This document shows positions 27,550 to 42,209 of a stretch of 64,000 nt of DNA, piece after piece. The stretch lies in NCBI RefSeq assembly GCF_009914755.1, contig NC_060934.1. One strand, written 5' to 3'. Every line of letters starts with the position of its first letter. The stretch's first letter is position 1. This stretch comes from the human T2T-CHM13v2.0 reference genome, Homo sapiens. The translations under genes and the position numbers were made by a program. A model generated the notes under the pieces. It worked only from the letters and a program-made list of their open reading frames with translations. It ran no database searches and was not told the origin of the DNA.

Positions 27550-29081
27550 GTATGAAGGCATTTTGGTTTTAAGCATCTTTTTTCCTAATTTCTCAGAACC
27601 CTTTGAAGATCTTGCACTTGACTTCTAAAATTCAGTCCAATTCCTTAATAAGTACATCATTATTACAAGTTGGCTTTTTTACTTCTTAAGAAGCATCTTT
27701 AATTTGAACTTCCATAACCATATTTTTGTAATTATCAAATGGCAGGAAATAGATGCTGACTCCCGTAATTTTATCATTCTAAATGTCACAAGAATGGCAA
27801 GGATCTTTAAAAGACAAAAGAAGTTCTTCAGTTAGGAATTCCCATGGTAACCAATATAGCTCAATCTTTTTTTTTTTTCTTTCTGTGGCTATTTTAAGTA
27901 TTTAAATTGATTTACATCCCTGTGGAAATGTGAAAAAAGCCTGGATCCCATATACATCCATTCCACCTGGAGTTTGGGGGTTTTGTTATAAGCCATGTTC
28001 TTCTTTTGATTCCTTGCCAGTGTCTGCAGTGGAAGGTCAGGGTTCGTCCCTAAGCAAAAGCCTTTTAAGTTTCCTTAACTTAGGAAGAAGTCGTGATTTA
28101 CCTTTGTATTCCTTTTGCAGTGGATATTAAAACATAAACATATAAATTATCTCATTTTGAATTGCTCTTTTACTTTATGTTGAACAATGAATATAAATGT
28201 ATTTTAGCGGCCAGATGTTAGAGGATAACACTGGCTTAATTTGTGCTGAGTGTGGAGCCCCTTCTGGGTGCGGTGAGGGTCTGAGCCTGTGAACCTCGTA
28301 TCTGCCCAGCTCCTGCTGGACAGCATCAGAGATCTGCTGGCTCAGGGTCCAGCCAGTCTCCACCTCTTTCTGGAGCAGAACACTGCACACCAAATTCACT
28401 GGTACTGCAGCCACAACCCTGGACACCTGGACATGTGCATTTTCCCATCTTCTGCCACACTGGCCCTTTGCCTGACCTCCTCCTGGCCTTCAGTCTGAGG
28501 TCCGCTGGGGGCCATGAATGCCTCTGCAAAGTTGCAGGTCCTGATGGTGGGCTATGGGTGCTCCCAGCTGAGCACAGTCATGACTCCCACACTCACTGTA
28601 CAAGGAAGTGAACACAGTAAGTGTGGATCTACCAGATCTTCACTAAGCCTCAGGGCAACCCTAAAGAGAGGACAGGCATGTTTATCCTCATTTCATCCAT
28701 GAGGAAGTGGAAGCTCAAAGAGGTCAGATGCTGCATCTGGGGTCAGTGTGGTTTTCTGCCTCTGGGACCCCCTACCCCTGAGGCCAGTGTCCATCCCCCT
28801 CAGCAGGTGTGTGGAGCCCTCCGGACACAACATCTTGCTAGGAATTGCATGACAGTTACTGATCATTTATCTTTTAAAATGGGTCAATAGGCTGAAGGAA
28901 AGATGGGAAGTTTCTCAGATATCACATATTGGCAGATATTACAGCCAAAATACACATAGAGGGAAACATTTTGGGGAAGGTTGTGGCCATGATAAAAATC
29001 AGTATTTATTGAGCCTGTGATATGTGGCAGACACCATGAAGGGTGCATTGTAGACATTACCACATACACCCCATGCAGCCA

Positions 29082-29193
29082 TAGGGTGACCAGCCACCTA
29101 CTTAGCCAGGGACTGAGGGGTTTGCTGGGATGGGGGATTTTAGTTTTAAAACAGGGATGGTCCTGGGCAAAGCAAGGTAAGTTGGTCACCCCA
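29082..29193. mobile_element. MER81 (hAT-Blackjack MITE)
   Basis: TIRs TAGGGTGACCA...TGGTCACCC, about 112 bp. Confidence 0.8.
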
Positions 29194-29833
29194 CCCGCCA
29201 CCCCAAGGTTAAGATGGACTTACCTTCATTTTGTAAATAGAAAACCCATGGCTCAGAGAGTTGAGGTAACTGCCCAGGCTGCTCTGATGGCAAGAGGTGC
29301 AGCTGAGGCCTGGACCAACACCTGTCAGAACCCAAAGCCACATTTTTTGACCACGACACCTTTGTCATGGCCATGAAGAGCAGTCCCTCCTGCGAAGGAA
29401 GTCTCAAGGTCATCCATATGACCAACACCTTGAAAAGATTTAGGTGATAAAATTGAGATTCTTAATTCTTTTGAAAAAAATGATTAAAATCAGAAAATTA
29501 TTTTCAGATAAAGTTTATGCCAAAAGATACAAAGGCTTGCTCTGTAAGAGATAAAGCGTTTTGTGGCAAACAAACAAACACTTCAAGGGCAAAGTCAGGC
29601 CAACCGTCCTGCTCTCTGCCATCCGGTAAGTCTCTCCATGCTCATGGTCATTTGTCGCCCAGTGTGAAGACTGCTAAGGGCAGATGACATGCTCAGTGTT
29701 TCTCAGTTGACCGTATTTTTTAATTGAGTTTTTAGACAAATTAAATTAATGAATTTGTTTGCTTATTCATGTAGAGTAAAAAGCAATACCCACTCTACTC
29801 CAAAATAGTAGCTCAAGCTATGATTTTGCAAAT

Positions 29834-30199
29834 TGCTATGGTTTGGCTGTGTCCCCACCCAAATCTCATCTTGACTTGCAGCTCCCATAATCCCCACGTG
29901 TCATGGGAGGGACCCTGTGGGAGGTAATTGAATCATGGCAACAGGTTTTTCCCGTGCTGTTCTCGTGATAGTGAATAAATTCTCACGAGATCTGATGGTT
30001 TTATAAAGGGCAGTTCCCCTGCACACACACTCTTGCCTGCTGCCATATAAAGATATGCTTTTGCTCCTCCTTCACCTTCCACCATGATTGTGAGGCCTTC
30101 CCAGCCATGTGGAACTGTGAGTCCATTAAACCTCTTTTTCTTTATAAATTACCCAGTCTAGGGTATTTCTTCATAGCAGTATGAAAATGGACTAACACA
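29834..30199 (+). mobile_element. THE1 (C/D-like) MaLR solo LTR
   Basis: TGCTATGGTTTGGCTGTGTCCCCACCCAAATCTCATC...GGACTAACACA; perfect TSD CAAAT. Confidence 0.95.
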
Positions 30200-30557
30200 C
30201 AAATTATATTAAAATGCAGCATCCTTACAGAAAAGTCTGCACCAGTCATAAGCACACAGAGCTCTGAACTTTCAAGTGAGCCAGCACCCAGATCAAGGAA
30301 TGTGACAGGCCCATTCCCCCAGCCCAATCCCCTTATTGCTCTTCCAGTCCCTTCATGCCTCCCTTCCAGGGGTAACCATTGTCCCCACTTCTGACACCAT
30401 AGATTAGTTTCGCCTGCTTTCGAACTTTCTATAAGCTGGATCATAGATTATATCGAAGTATTTTTATGTTTATTGAATACCTACTATGTGCAAGGCCTTG
30501 CCTAGCTATTCAATGAATCTAAATGACTTGGTTTTGAATGCCTCCCAGGTTGCTCTA

Positions 30558-30560
<3 letters not shown>

Positions 30561-30602
<42 letters not shown>
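30561..30602. repeat. (GT)21 microsatellite
   Basis: Directly visible. Confidence 0.95.
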
Positions 30603-30606
<4 letters not shown>

Positions 30607-31940
30607 GGATATAGGTCACACAGTTGTCTTAGCCGTCAGCCCTCAAAAGGCAGGTTCACATGGTGGCCAGCTCACATCCTGTGTGTGTTCAGGAAGGCAC
30701 TGCTGCCATGCAAATGTCATTTAAATGTGGCATATCTATGAATTCAACAGGGTAATTTGGTTCCTATGTTGTTGGAAAGTTATCTGAATGCTGAAGTCAA
30801 CTGCACTCCAGGCTTGAGTAAACAAGTCAGGACAATGAAGAGAGGCAGTTGCTGTTAGGTTTGGTGGGGGGAGGGGAAGGTGACTTTCACAAGTCCTCTT
30901 GTACAAGGGCCACCGTGTGAAACCTGATGTCCAGTGAAGACACAGCAATCCAAATAGATCACTGCCTTCCAGCCCCAGGGTCTACGCAACAAAAAGCCTT
31001 CCCCATTGAGGCCATCTGGCGAGTTCTGCCTCCAATGTCCTGGGAGCAGTCAGCCAGAGCTCAGGGCAGGGGGCCTCCCCAGCCTCCATTCTGCAGATCG
31101 TTCTTTCTGGGCAATTCATGCTCATTCCCACACAGAAAGGTTTGAGGCAATTTGTGGAAGGAGCGTTGTATCAGGATGGTTTCTAATTCAGGTGGATTAA
31201 GGTATGGATGCTGTCTTCACTGCTCACTTGTCAAATAACTGAACTCCTGACTTCTTTGAACTCTGGGCTTCTAATCTGTGAAGTCAGAATAATAATAACT
31301 GGGTAGTTGTGAGCATTAAGTTTAAAAATATGTTGTGGCAGCACTTTGCATGAGCAGACCATAGTATAAATGCCAGCTCCCTTTCCCTGGAGATAAGAAG
31401 TGATTGTGATTGTGCGTTAAGTTCTGTTTTAAGCTTCCTAGCTGACAAGGCAAAAATGAAACACAATGGCTTATATTGTTCTAGTCTGATTCAAAGAATG
31501 TCCCTAGTTTTTCAGGAAATATAAACACTTTCCTGGTGTTACATTCTAAGACAACTTTATTTTGCAAGCCTAAATGATTCAGTCAGGGTTTCCAACAATG
31601 GTTTTCACCCCAAAAGATGGAGAATTCCCCTTTCTATTTCCATAGCATGTATCAATCCTTTAAAAAATACTAATCTGGGGTTATGATAGTGCAACACTAA
31701 ATTCGGAAGGCGAACGCCATGGAGCTGGAATTGCATTCTGTTGCTCCATTTCTTTCACCGTCTCTTTTTACTGGACATCTTATGATAAGAACGTAAATGG
31801 AAAGGGCAAGCCTGGAGTGACAAAGGGAATCCTCCATTCACTCCACACAGTGCTGTTGCTGGGCTCGGGACGTGGAGAGGGCAGGGGCCGTGAAGACATC
31901 CTGGTGCCTTTGCAGGGTCGTCATGAGGATAAAGGGGATG

Positions 31941-32291
<351 letters not shown>

Positions 32292-34854
32292 TCACACGTA
32301 AAGGAGACGGTCAGACTGGGGCTCTTTTCTGTTACAAAATTATACGTCTGGAGAATCATGGTGAACGTGAACTCTGTGTGAGATGCTGGCACGTGCCTCC
32401 GGCACTTCATGAAGGAGGCTGTTGGTTCTGGAGCATCCGTGGCTTTGCTCCTCAGGCTGCTGGCCATGGGGACCCTGAGTCACAAGCTCTTCAGAAACTC
32501 TGGTGCTGGGGAGGCAAAGCTGTCTCCTCCTCTCTCCCTTTGCACAGAAATTCCAGAATTTGGATTCTTTTGTGACCTCGAGCTGAATGTTCAAAATGTT
32601 GAAGCTGAGTTCTTTTTTTGTTTTTCATATAAGTACTTACACACACGCGTAAAAAAAAGAGCCAGTAACCAAGGGCTTTTCCCAGGCCCCCAGTGGCCTG
32701 GAAGTCCAGCCCACACTCCCAGACTCCAGCTGGGAGACACAAGAGGGAGGGAACTTGGGTGGGGGACACCCCACAATGATGAGGTCCTTAGGAGACTCCA
32801 GGGCCTCCAGGAACCCAGCTGCCACCCAAGAGCACCCTAAATCTCAGAAGCTAGCCAATCCAATGGAAGGACGGTAAGGTCTTTTCAGTGTAAGCACAGC
32901 TTTGCGGATGAAAGGGTTGTATTTGCAGAATTCGTTGGAATCAGAGCTCCAAGCCTAGAATGTCCTCCCACCCTCTACCCACCCCAGGACTGGATTCCTG
33001 TCCTGTAAGGCCAACTGAGCTCTCCTCCCTCATTACCTGTCCCCAGGTACAGACCTTCCCCTCACACCATTGGTAACTCATCTGTTGCGTTTTTTCATGT
33101 ATCCTGAAGCACCTACACAGTGGGCATTCAATAAATATCTGCTGAGCCGTGGATTACACAGTAGAGCCACCGATGAAATGATGCCTACGAACCTCCTACA
33201 AAACTCCTGTTTTATTATATCAAACTCTGAAAACTGACAGTTTGGACTATTCTTTTGTTAATCCTACAATGAGTTAAGCTGACTAATGGACACTCAAGTT
33301 TCCATCATGGCTGCGCTCACAAAAAAGATCACCTGATATTTTCCCCTTGTTACTATGGAAGATTTTAGGTGGATCATATTCCTATTCGTATCATAGGAAT
33401 CATTTACTGGGGAAGGGTCACTTCATTTCAATTATGTTTTGAATGATTAGTCATTTCAAAAATAAACCATCCCTCCAGGTTAAATTTATCTGGGACTCAT
33501 GGTTGGATAAGCTTCTATGTCATTAAAATTAATTGATGTAGCAAAATCAGCTGCAGTCATTATCCTGTCCCATATCTGTGGCAGACCCAGGAAGGTGCTC
33601 ACTGTCTACACACAGCGGCAGAGGTCTCTGTGTCCTTTGTCCCATGCAGAGACCCTGCCTGTAAGTCTCACTGAACTGAAAGTTAGATCGGGAGTCTCCA
33701 TATGACCTGACTGAGAGCTTCATGTTGTCAAGTGTCCATACGAGGCTAATGTGACACTCACGCTGGGGCTGGCGCATTGGAACAAATGGTTCACTTCAAA
33801 CATTCACATCCCAAAAAGGACCCCAGTGGGCATAGGGAGCCCAGCCCAAGACGAAGTATCAGGGAGCTGTTGGGAGCATGGGTCTTACGTAAGAGACCTG
33901 GAGTAGGGTGGGGATTGGCACCCCCCTGGAGGGCGTCTCCATGTTCTCGATGCCTCTGTTTCCTCCTCTGGAAGGCAGGGAGGGCCCTTCTTAGCTCTCC
34001 ACACTATGTGGAGGAGTCGGTGAGATGAAGCCTGCCCAGTGTTTTCACTCGGTGCCGCCCTGAGGTGCGAGAGCCCCATGCATGGTGCCCTGGCCTTGCT
34101 GTCCTCGCAGGTACTAGCGCATTCCACTTCCTTTAGAGAATGAGCACTGGAGTAAGGAAGGTCAGATGTGTGCCCATCCCGGCCTGCAGCGAGTGCTTGC
34201 CCCTCACAAGGCAGTTCCTGGGGAAAGCCTCCAGCGTGCGCGATTTGCAGTTTAGTTTAAACGGAAGGAGGTTTATTAGAATCTTGGCAGCTCTAGAAGA
34301 AGACTCTTAACTCTCCATTGGCTACAGATCCCGGCCAGCCATGTGGGTGGCTCCCTCAGGCCGGTCAGATGTTCCTGCTGGGATGGCCATGGGCACCAGG
34401 AGAGCTTTCCCTTAGCACTTTCAGACCTCAGACCTCCTGGCAGATTCAGGTGCAGCATTGAACTTCATGCCGTTTTCCTAAATTCAACTTCCGGAGCTTT
34501 TACCTTTTCAGAGACCCAGCCTAGTTTATAGAAGCCCAGCAGAAACTTTTCTTCAATTTGCTCGTGACTCTTAGATGAGTTTGGAGCCGGGTGGGAAGAT
34601 GGTATTTCAGCATCCTAGGCAGGGGCACATCAGATGAACTGTGCACTTCGAAGCCATGATGCTGCCTGACCATGAGGGTAACATGGGGGAGGAGGAATCC
34701 TTGTCAGTATCCTGTCTGTGGTTGGCTGGGCAGTGACCACTTCCCCTGACCGCTGCCTGGGGACTGCTCCTCCACACACAACTTATCTCCCAGGAAGCAA
34801 TTCCAGGCCCAGGCACCAAGGGCCCAGGGTTTTCCTAATGTTGAGGACATTATT

Positions 34855-35045
34855 GCCCAGTGGCATAGAACATGGGATTTGGAGTCAGATCTGGCTGGAT
34901 TTGATTTCTGGCTCAACCTCTTATTGACCACGTGACTTCACGCATGTTACTTCAGGGTGGCCGTGAGGATCAGACAGGATCCTGTATGTACAGTGTCTAG
35001 CACGTGCCTCAAGGACCATTTGTCCTCATAAATGTGATTATTAGG
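34855..35045 (+). mobile_element. MIR
   Basis: CAGTGGCATAGAACATGGGATTTGGAGTCAGA...GTGAGGATCAGACAGGAT...TCTAGCACGTGCC. Confidence 0.65.
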
Positions 35046-38000
35046 TAGCAAGGCAGTGCTACATGTGGCCCCACCCACGGCCAACCCCACGGTGCGAAGA
35101 GCAGCCTTTCTGTCCTTACCTGGGCTTTACCCTCCTCTATTTCCAAGCTCGTCCACCCAACATTCTCTCACTGGATCATTACCATGATGCCGTGGATCAT
35201 CAGCAAGTATCGGTGACCTCATGTGTAGTGGCCATTGAAGCACAGAGAGGTGGAGGGGCTGACCAAGGTCACCCAGTGGGCAGGGATCTGGCTGGAGAGC
35301 ACACGCTGCTGCTTCTCCCTCCCTTGGACTGTGGATTACAGGAGAGACCAGTAGCCATGCAGGTGGCAGGTGGGAGGCCTAGGGTTCTGCAGGTATGAGC
35401 AGACACACATCAGCCCCCTCTACCACCGGCCTTTAATGTCTCCACATCACACAGAGGCCTGGGACTGTCCAGCTGTGTGGTGCAGCGGCTCGAGCACATA
35501 CACTTTGGGATGATTCCTTGAGTTGTAAAGAAAGAAAATAAATCTCCTTGAGAATGATGGATGCACTGCTTAGCAGTGGAAGAGGAGAGCTGACCTTTCT
35601 AGGTAGACAAAACAGAATGCCTGTCAAACATTACACTTTTGTTGCAGTATATTGTTCCAGAATGGAGCACTGCATATTTTTGCTATAATGCTGTTTTTGT
35701 TTCTAAATGAATACTGCAGTGTTCTTTTATGTGGAGGAGGGATTCATTACTGGTTCACAGAACTTTTTCAGTGGTGGGGAAAAAATAGGTGCTTGTCCTC
35801 AGCAATGCGTATCAAGCCTAGACACATTTCTGTTAGGAGCACAGTGATTTGTGAATTCCCTGACAGCTTACCTTTTATTATGAGCTCTATTTTAAATAGA
35901 GACATGTAGCTTTTCCTCTTCAAGACAATATAACAGATACCTAGAATCTTCTCTGTTATCTCTCATTTGTTTTCAAGCTAGCCTCTTTTTTGTGCATTTT
36001 ATAGGGATTCTTATTTATGAACTAGTTTAAATGGTTCAGATCAGCCAGTTGTTGTGGGGTGGAGGATCATTAAAACAATAATATTTACAAATGTTTCAGC
36101 AAAGTGGCTAGTCGATTGGCAGATTTTTCATTCATCAGCTTTCCTAATTTTCAGAATCTTCCTGAGGAATATCTAACAAACGTCTCTGCTCTGAGTACCA
36201 TATTCCTGAAAAAAAAAAATTGATCTGTTTTCAGGATGGGTCTCCCCTTTTCTCAGGCTAATATATTTTCTTAGTCTCTCGCTAATATCCTCTGCATGCC
36301 TGTGAAGGATGCATCATTTTCTGATAGCTCTGCGCCTGAACGCCACCTCTGTCGATGGCAACGCTTCACCCAGGCCCCCAAGCCAAGCCCACGGTCACGC
36401 TTAGCTTCCTTCCCTTTTCCCCACTTCTCACATGCCTCCAAAGCTTGTGAGCTCTGCTTCCTCTATTGTTAAATGGCTGCCCCCTCCCCGGCCGCCCACC
36501 ACTGCCCTTGAGAACACCTGTTCATCCTGCATCTGGACCACAGGTGTGGCCTCATTAGTCAGGAATCCACAGTCCACACTTAGCATGGTCCTGCCCCTTA
36601 TTCTTCTCTGCAGCCATCACAGTGACCTACTTTGCAGAGAGCAGAATGGGAATGCCCAGGCTTGCAGACTTCTGCAGCCCCCTTGTGGCTTCAGCCCAAA
36701 GCCAAAGGTCTCTGCAGCATTCCGGGATCTGCCCACCACACATCCCAGGCTCACAGCAGTGATTTATTGGGTCCAGGCCTTATACTGAGTTCTGCGTCCG
36801 GTCCTTACCTCCTTTACTAACCCAGCAGGAAATTTTATTATCTCTATTTCGCAGATGAAGAAACTTAGGCTTAAAACTGTTGTGACTTGTTCCAAGGTCA
36901 AAGCCAGGATCCAACTTATTTGCCATTTCCAGAATGTTCCATACACTCTCTGGCTTCCCGGTTTTTGTTTATGTGTTCTTCCTGGGAATTTTCTTCTTGA
37001 GAAAGATGACCTAACTTTAGCCAAACACAGGTTAGTGTTCTGCTTCCATCTTTCATGGCCCCTGGGCTTGCCACGACCTAGCACTGCTCACCCCTGCATT
37101 TCAACGATCTGTTTATAAGCCTGTCCTCTGGACTTCTTTTAGGGTAAGGAGGCTGAGGTTCTGTCCATGTATTTTTTTTAATCTCTAAATCCTAAGCAAT
37201 TGGCACAGAAATAGCACATAGTAGATGCTCACTAATGTTAAATGGCTGGTTTAGCATATTGATGTACTCATTCAACTAGTATTTTATGAGTTTCTGGTAC
37301 ATGCACAGAACTTTTCATATACTGAAGATGTTCAAGCTAGAGATAGCAGGTTTTCTATTCAGAAATCACCAAATTAGCCACAGATGCTCTGTCTTTGGGG
37401 AGGGTCTGCACCTGCCTTCGTCATCTGTAAAATGTGGATCATACCTTCATACCTCCCCACCTCATAGGGCAGCTGAAATGGCAGCAAATATCCTTAATGT
37501 TAATCCAGAGTCCTACTGTACTGTGTTGTTGTAGAGACGTGAAGACACATAAAGATGGAAGGGGCGGGCGGGGAACAGCTAGGCACCAGGAGGGATACAA
37601 CCAGGGCAGCCCAGAGGGCTCAGAAAAGATGTCAAGGAGAGAGTAGGACTTGACCTACTGGATCACCTGGCGTCTAGTGGGTTTGGGTGAGACTGAGGCT
37701 TTGTGGGACAGGGAGCAGCATGAGGGAAGCAGGGGGACTGTGCTGTGTTGGAGCCCCGTGAGACACGGTTGTGTGAGTGAGCGGCCTCTAGAAGGTGGAT
37801 CACCGTGGTGTCTGCCCGACTTGATGCTCTTCCTGTGAGCTTCCAAACCTGTTAAGCAATCCAGAGGGCTGTTTACCAACACACGCTACTCTTCTTATCC
37901 GTGCCAATCTCATCAGCAAACATGCTATTTCCCTTATTCGTGAATAATAATTATTATTATTTCATAATAAAATGATCTTTCTGAATAATTATTTAATGCC

Positions 38001-38399
38001 AGAGCTCATCCATTCTGCCTTAGTGAATATTGCTTTGCCCTGGCCTCTGGCCACAGGTTACCGTGGACAGCCGAGTGTCAAGATCATCACCAACCAGGCC
38101 CTTCACACACATGCTTAGCCTCATCGCAGACCTAGGGTCACCTGGTGAAAGGCAGGTGTGTTTCCAATTGGCACGCTGAAAAAGAAAACCTGAAAACACT
38201 GATTTAACATATCTGAGTATTAGAGATCAATCATTTTCTCTGGGGCTCACTGAACAGGAATTAGCTCAAGAAAAACATCTTTAGCGTGTTCAGTTACCAT
38301 TAGCGTCAGGCACCCAGCAAGCTTGTCCTGAATACATTTCAGAGTCCGAGCCCAATTGGAGGAGCGAGGCAGGTAGAGGGGAGTAAAACAGGCCTTGTT

Positions 38400-38590
38400 T
38401 TCGAGGACTGCTGCTCTGAAGTCCCACTGCACTACCCAGTGTGGGGAGTCCTTGTGGCAAGCTACCCTATATCTCTGAGCCTCAGTTCCCCCTCTGCAAA
38501 GTGGGTCTAATAACAAACTCCTCATATGAGTATTGAGAGGATGCAGTGATCCCTGTTGGGTGCTTGGCGGGGAGTCTGGCATGAAGTTCC
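38400..38590 (+). mobile_element. MIR
   Basis: Core TCTCTGAGCCTCAGTTCCCCCTCTGCAAAGTGGG. Confidence 0.7.
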
Positions 38591-40822
38591 TGTCCTTACA
38601 GTGGCTGTTTCTTCTGCAAGGGTCTTCTCTTGGTGGCAGTTAACACCGTCCATCCCTGTCCTCAAACACTAGATCCCCTGCCAAGAAGCTACTCATAGGG
38701 CAAAGATTTTTTTAAAAAACATGACAGTGACTGTCAGTATCTGAGAAGTGTCCATGCCCAGCGCCAAGAGGTGAACAAATTCATAGCTCTCCCCTCTGGG
38801 GCTTGGAGGGCACCCCTACACCTCGGAAGGGAGCCTGGAATCAAATTGCCATGTTTCCAAATTTGATACTGATAATAATGGCATAGACAGACGAGGCAGT
38901 ATGGAAACCAGCAGACACTCGTACTTGCAAAGGAGGATTTGTCTGGCTTTCTAATTTGCATGTTTCCTAATCCAAAGAGGGTGCCTCAACCGTGGAGTAA
39001 TTAGAGAGTGTGTGCCTTGGTCGGGGGAGGAGGGAGTTTGAGAGGCAGGCAGGGATGCACGTGGATCTGTGCTGAGCAGCTGCCCATGAATAATTTCTAA
39101 AAGTTGCCAAATATTTAGAAGTCCTGCTCGTCTGTCATAGACTGGCAAAAAGGATGGTTGAGAAAAATGGGTCTTTTTCTTCCCCCAGGCTTAGCAACAT
39201 TGTTTTAAAGATTTCATCTCCTTTTCAAGGTGGTTTAACGCTGTGGGGAAGGCAGGATAAGATTCTACTAAACTCCTTCATGTCAGGGAGGGCTCCCTCC
39301 CCCAAGTTCAGTAGCTCCTTCTGTCCTGTCTTTCATGCATTAGAAAATATAGACATTAACAGCTTTACTGTTGCCTGGAAGGTAAACAAGGAAGCTGTGA
39401 GTATGATATCAGTGCGAATCTGAAGCCTAGATGATTCAGAAACGTTTTGCTTTCTTCCATCATTTGAATTACCCACTGGAAGCAGAATGAAGTTGTCCGA
39501 TAGAATGCAGAGACAGCCGCAGGGGCCGTGGCTGCGGTTCTGTCCATTCCCCACTACACTTAATTAAAGTGATGAGGTCTCTGTTATTTTTTTATTTGGA
39601 GTAATGATCCTGCTCTTTGACCAGTCCATCTAAAGTAATGGTCATAGTCATGGTGCTTAAGCGTTACTGTGATTGAGGGTGAATGACAGTTCTTGCTACC
39701 CCAGTGCCCTAATTGATCAGGACAGCTCAGTGTCTTTTGGGAAAAACTGGAGTCCAAGAGAAGGCAGCCAGGATTGAGGAACTTGGCTCCGGGAGCTGGT
39801 CATTCACAGTAAGACTGCTTCAAGGTCAGTATCTCTGGCATTTAACTGCATGAAGTGGAGTTTTATTCCATATCCTTTCTTTATAAAATTTTAATACATC
39901 ATGAAAAGTTCACATTTTAGATATACTCATAGAAACATGTATGTAAACATGTTAAAATAAAATGTAAATGCACTTCCAAAAAATTCTTCAAGGTTGCTAC
40001 TCGTTTAAAAGACTAGCTTGGAGATACGCATGCTACACAAGCCACTCAGCAACCTACATTCTGCCCACTCGAATGCTTGTGGCGCCTTAAGCCAAGGTTG
40101 TGTGTAAAAGGCATTTTCCTTTTGTCCGAGTTTGGAAAGATTGGCCAGTTCTGTTCATCTCAGAAGTAATTTGAATGTTTCCCTTAAATGGAATAGTTCC
40201 GAGGGACTGATTCTAAATGCTGTAGTTTTATTTTCTTCTTTGCAAGGTTAGGATGCACAATAACGTCGCTCCGTCTTTCCATATCTTGTGAGTAATCAGG
40301 ACCCAACCCAGCAGCCTGGCCACTTCCTGTGGGCGCCCTCACTGGCCTGACCTTGCCTGCCCCTGCCCCCCTTCCTAAGGGTGGATTTCCCCTGTTCCGA
40401 TGTTGTCACCATGGCTTTTTCCCAGGGCCTTGTCGGGCTCCCTCCCTGCTTCTGTTCCCTGGAAGCAGAGTGGCTGCAGCTGTGAGCTCCAGGGACTCAC
40501 CAGCCAAAGCTCCAGCCAAAGCTCCAACTCTGTGGCCAGGCTGGTCCAGGCCTCTGTGGGCCAGGCTACTTCCAAAGACCCACTTCTCCCACAGTAAATA
40601 TATGGCCATCCCGGGGCTTTCCTTTCTGGAGGAGAGAACATAATGGAGCATCCTCTAGGACAGGAAAATATTTTAAGGAATAATCCAGTATCATTATTGC
40701 CATCTGCAGAATGCCTTTCCTACACCATTCCTACACTAAAGGAATTACAGCTTCACTGGGAGGAAGGAGATATAGACAAAAGAAGCAAAACAAAACAAAA
40801 ACAAAAAAAAACAAGCAGACAA

Positions 40823-41128
40823 GCCTGGGTATAGTGGCTCACGCCTGTAATGCCAGCACTTTGGGAGGCCAAGGTGGCTGGGTCGCTTGACCCCAGGAGT
40901 TCGAGACCAGTCTGGGCAACATCAGGAGACCCTGTCTCTACAAAAAATACAAAATTAGTGGGACATGGTGGCGCACACCTGTAGTCCCAGCTACTCGGGG
41001 GGTGGCTGAGGCAGAAAGACGGCTTGAGCCCAGGACATCAAGCCTACAGTGAGATATGATCGTGCCACTGAACTTCAGCCTGGACTATAGAGTGGGACCC
41101 TCTCTCAGTTTAAGAAAAAAAATAAAAT
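40823..41128 (+). mobile_element. AluJ
   Basis: GGCAACATCAGGAGACCCTGTCTCTAC; TSD AAAACAAGCAGACAA. Confidence 0.9.
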
Positions 41129-41304
41129 AAAACAAGCAGACAAACATACATTGCAATGTAGGATGGCTTCCTCCGGGAGGCCTAGCCAGGAGTGGGTTCA
41201 GCAGCCCCGGGCCGGCATTGCCGCTGCCCTGTCTCCTCGCTCTGTGATGCTGGTCCAGAGCCTCACCAAGCCTCAGTGTCCTCATCTTTAAAGTGGGTCT
41301 CACC

Positions 41305-41621
41305 GGCCGGGCTTGGTAACTCATGCCTGTAATCCCAGCTCTTTGGGAGGCCGAGGAGGGTGGATCACTTGAGGTCAGGAGTTGAAGACCAGCCTGGCCA
41401 ACATGGTGAAACTCCATCTTTACTAAATATACAAAAATTAGCCAGGTGTGGTGGTGTGTGCCTGTAATCCCAGCTACTCAGGAGGCTGAGGCAGGAGAAT
41501 CACTTGAACCCAGGAGGCAGGGGCTGCAGTGAGCCAAGATCCCGCTACTGCACTCCAGCCTGGGTTACAGAGCGAGACTCCATCTCAAAAAATAAATAAA
41601 CAAATAAAAATTTAAAAATAA
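41305..41621 (+). mobile_element. AluS inserted in a MIR
   Basis: TSD TAAAGTGGGTCT; MIR core GCCTCAGTGTCCTCATCT upstream and MIR continuation downstream. Confidence 0.9.
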
Positions 41622-42085
41622 TAAAGTGGGTCTTGCCTTACCTACTAGGATAGTTGTTAGATGTGGGAGAGATGCCATAAGCAGTGCCCAGGGCACTCCA
41701 CAGCCCGAGAAATCTAAGCTCATCTCTCCTTCCCCTTGCTGGAGGACAACAACGTTCAAGAGAACAACAGGAAGCTTTCCCATGAGTGGAAGGATGTTGT
41801 GTCAGCTTCTCACTGACCCCACTTCACGGATCTGTCTGCTCAAACCAACCTCCCCAACCCCCAGCTTTTAAATGTGCCTCTTTCACAGTTTCCAACTTGT
41901 TGCTCAATATTACAGTAGCCATCAGCGTCGCAGTGTTGGCCTAATGGAAGTCTTCACTTGGTAAAGGTTTACTTTAGAGAACATTATGATTGGTTTTTGC
42001 TCTAATTCTTTAAGAAACTGATAGTTGTGGTTTCCTACTATCATGTGTGAGCCACAAACCAATAAAATACCTGATCTATTTGTAG

Positions 42086-42209
42086 TACAAAAATTAGCGG
42101 AATGTGGTAGTGCACACCTGTAGTCCCAGCTACTTGGGAGGCTGAGGCAAGAGGACTGCTTGAGCCCAGGAGGTTGAGGCTGCAGTGAGCCATGATTGCA
42201 CCGCTGCAC
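42086..42209 (+). mobile_element. Alu right-arm fragment without tail or TSD
   Basis: TACAAAAATTAGC...GCACCGCTGCAC, ends abruptly. Confidence 0.85.

Noticed and set aside
31719-31749. Hairpin ATGGAGC...GCTCCAT
   Set aside because: Too short for a pre-miRNA and expected by chance in 64 kb.
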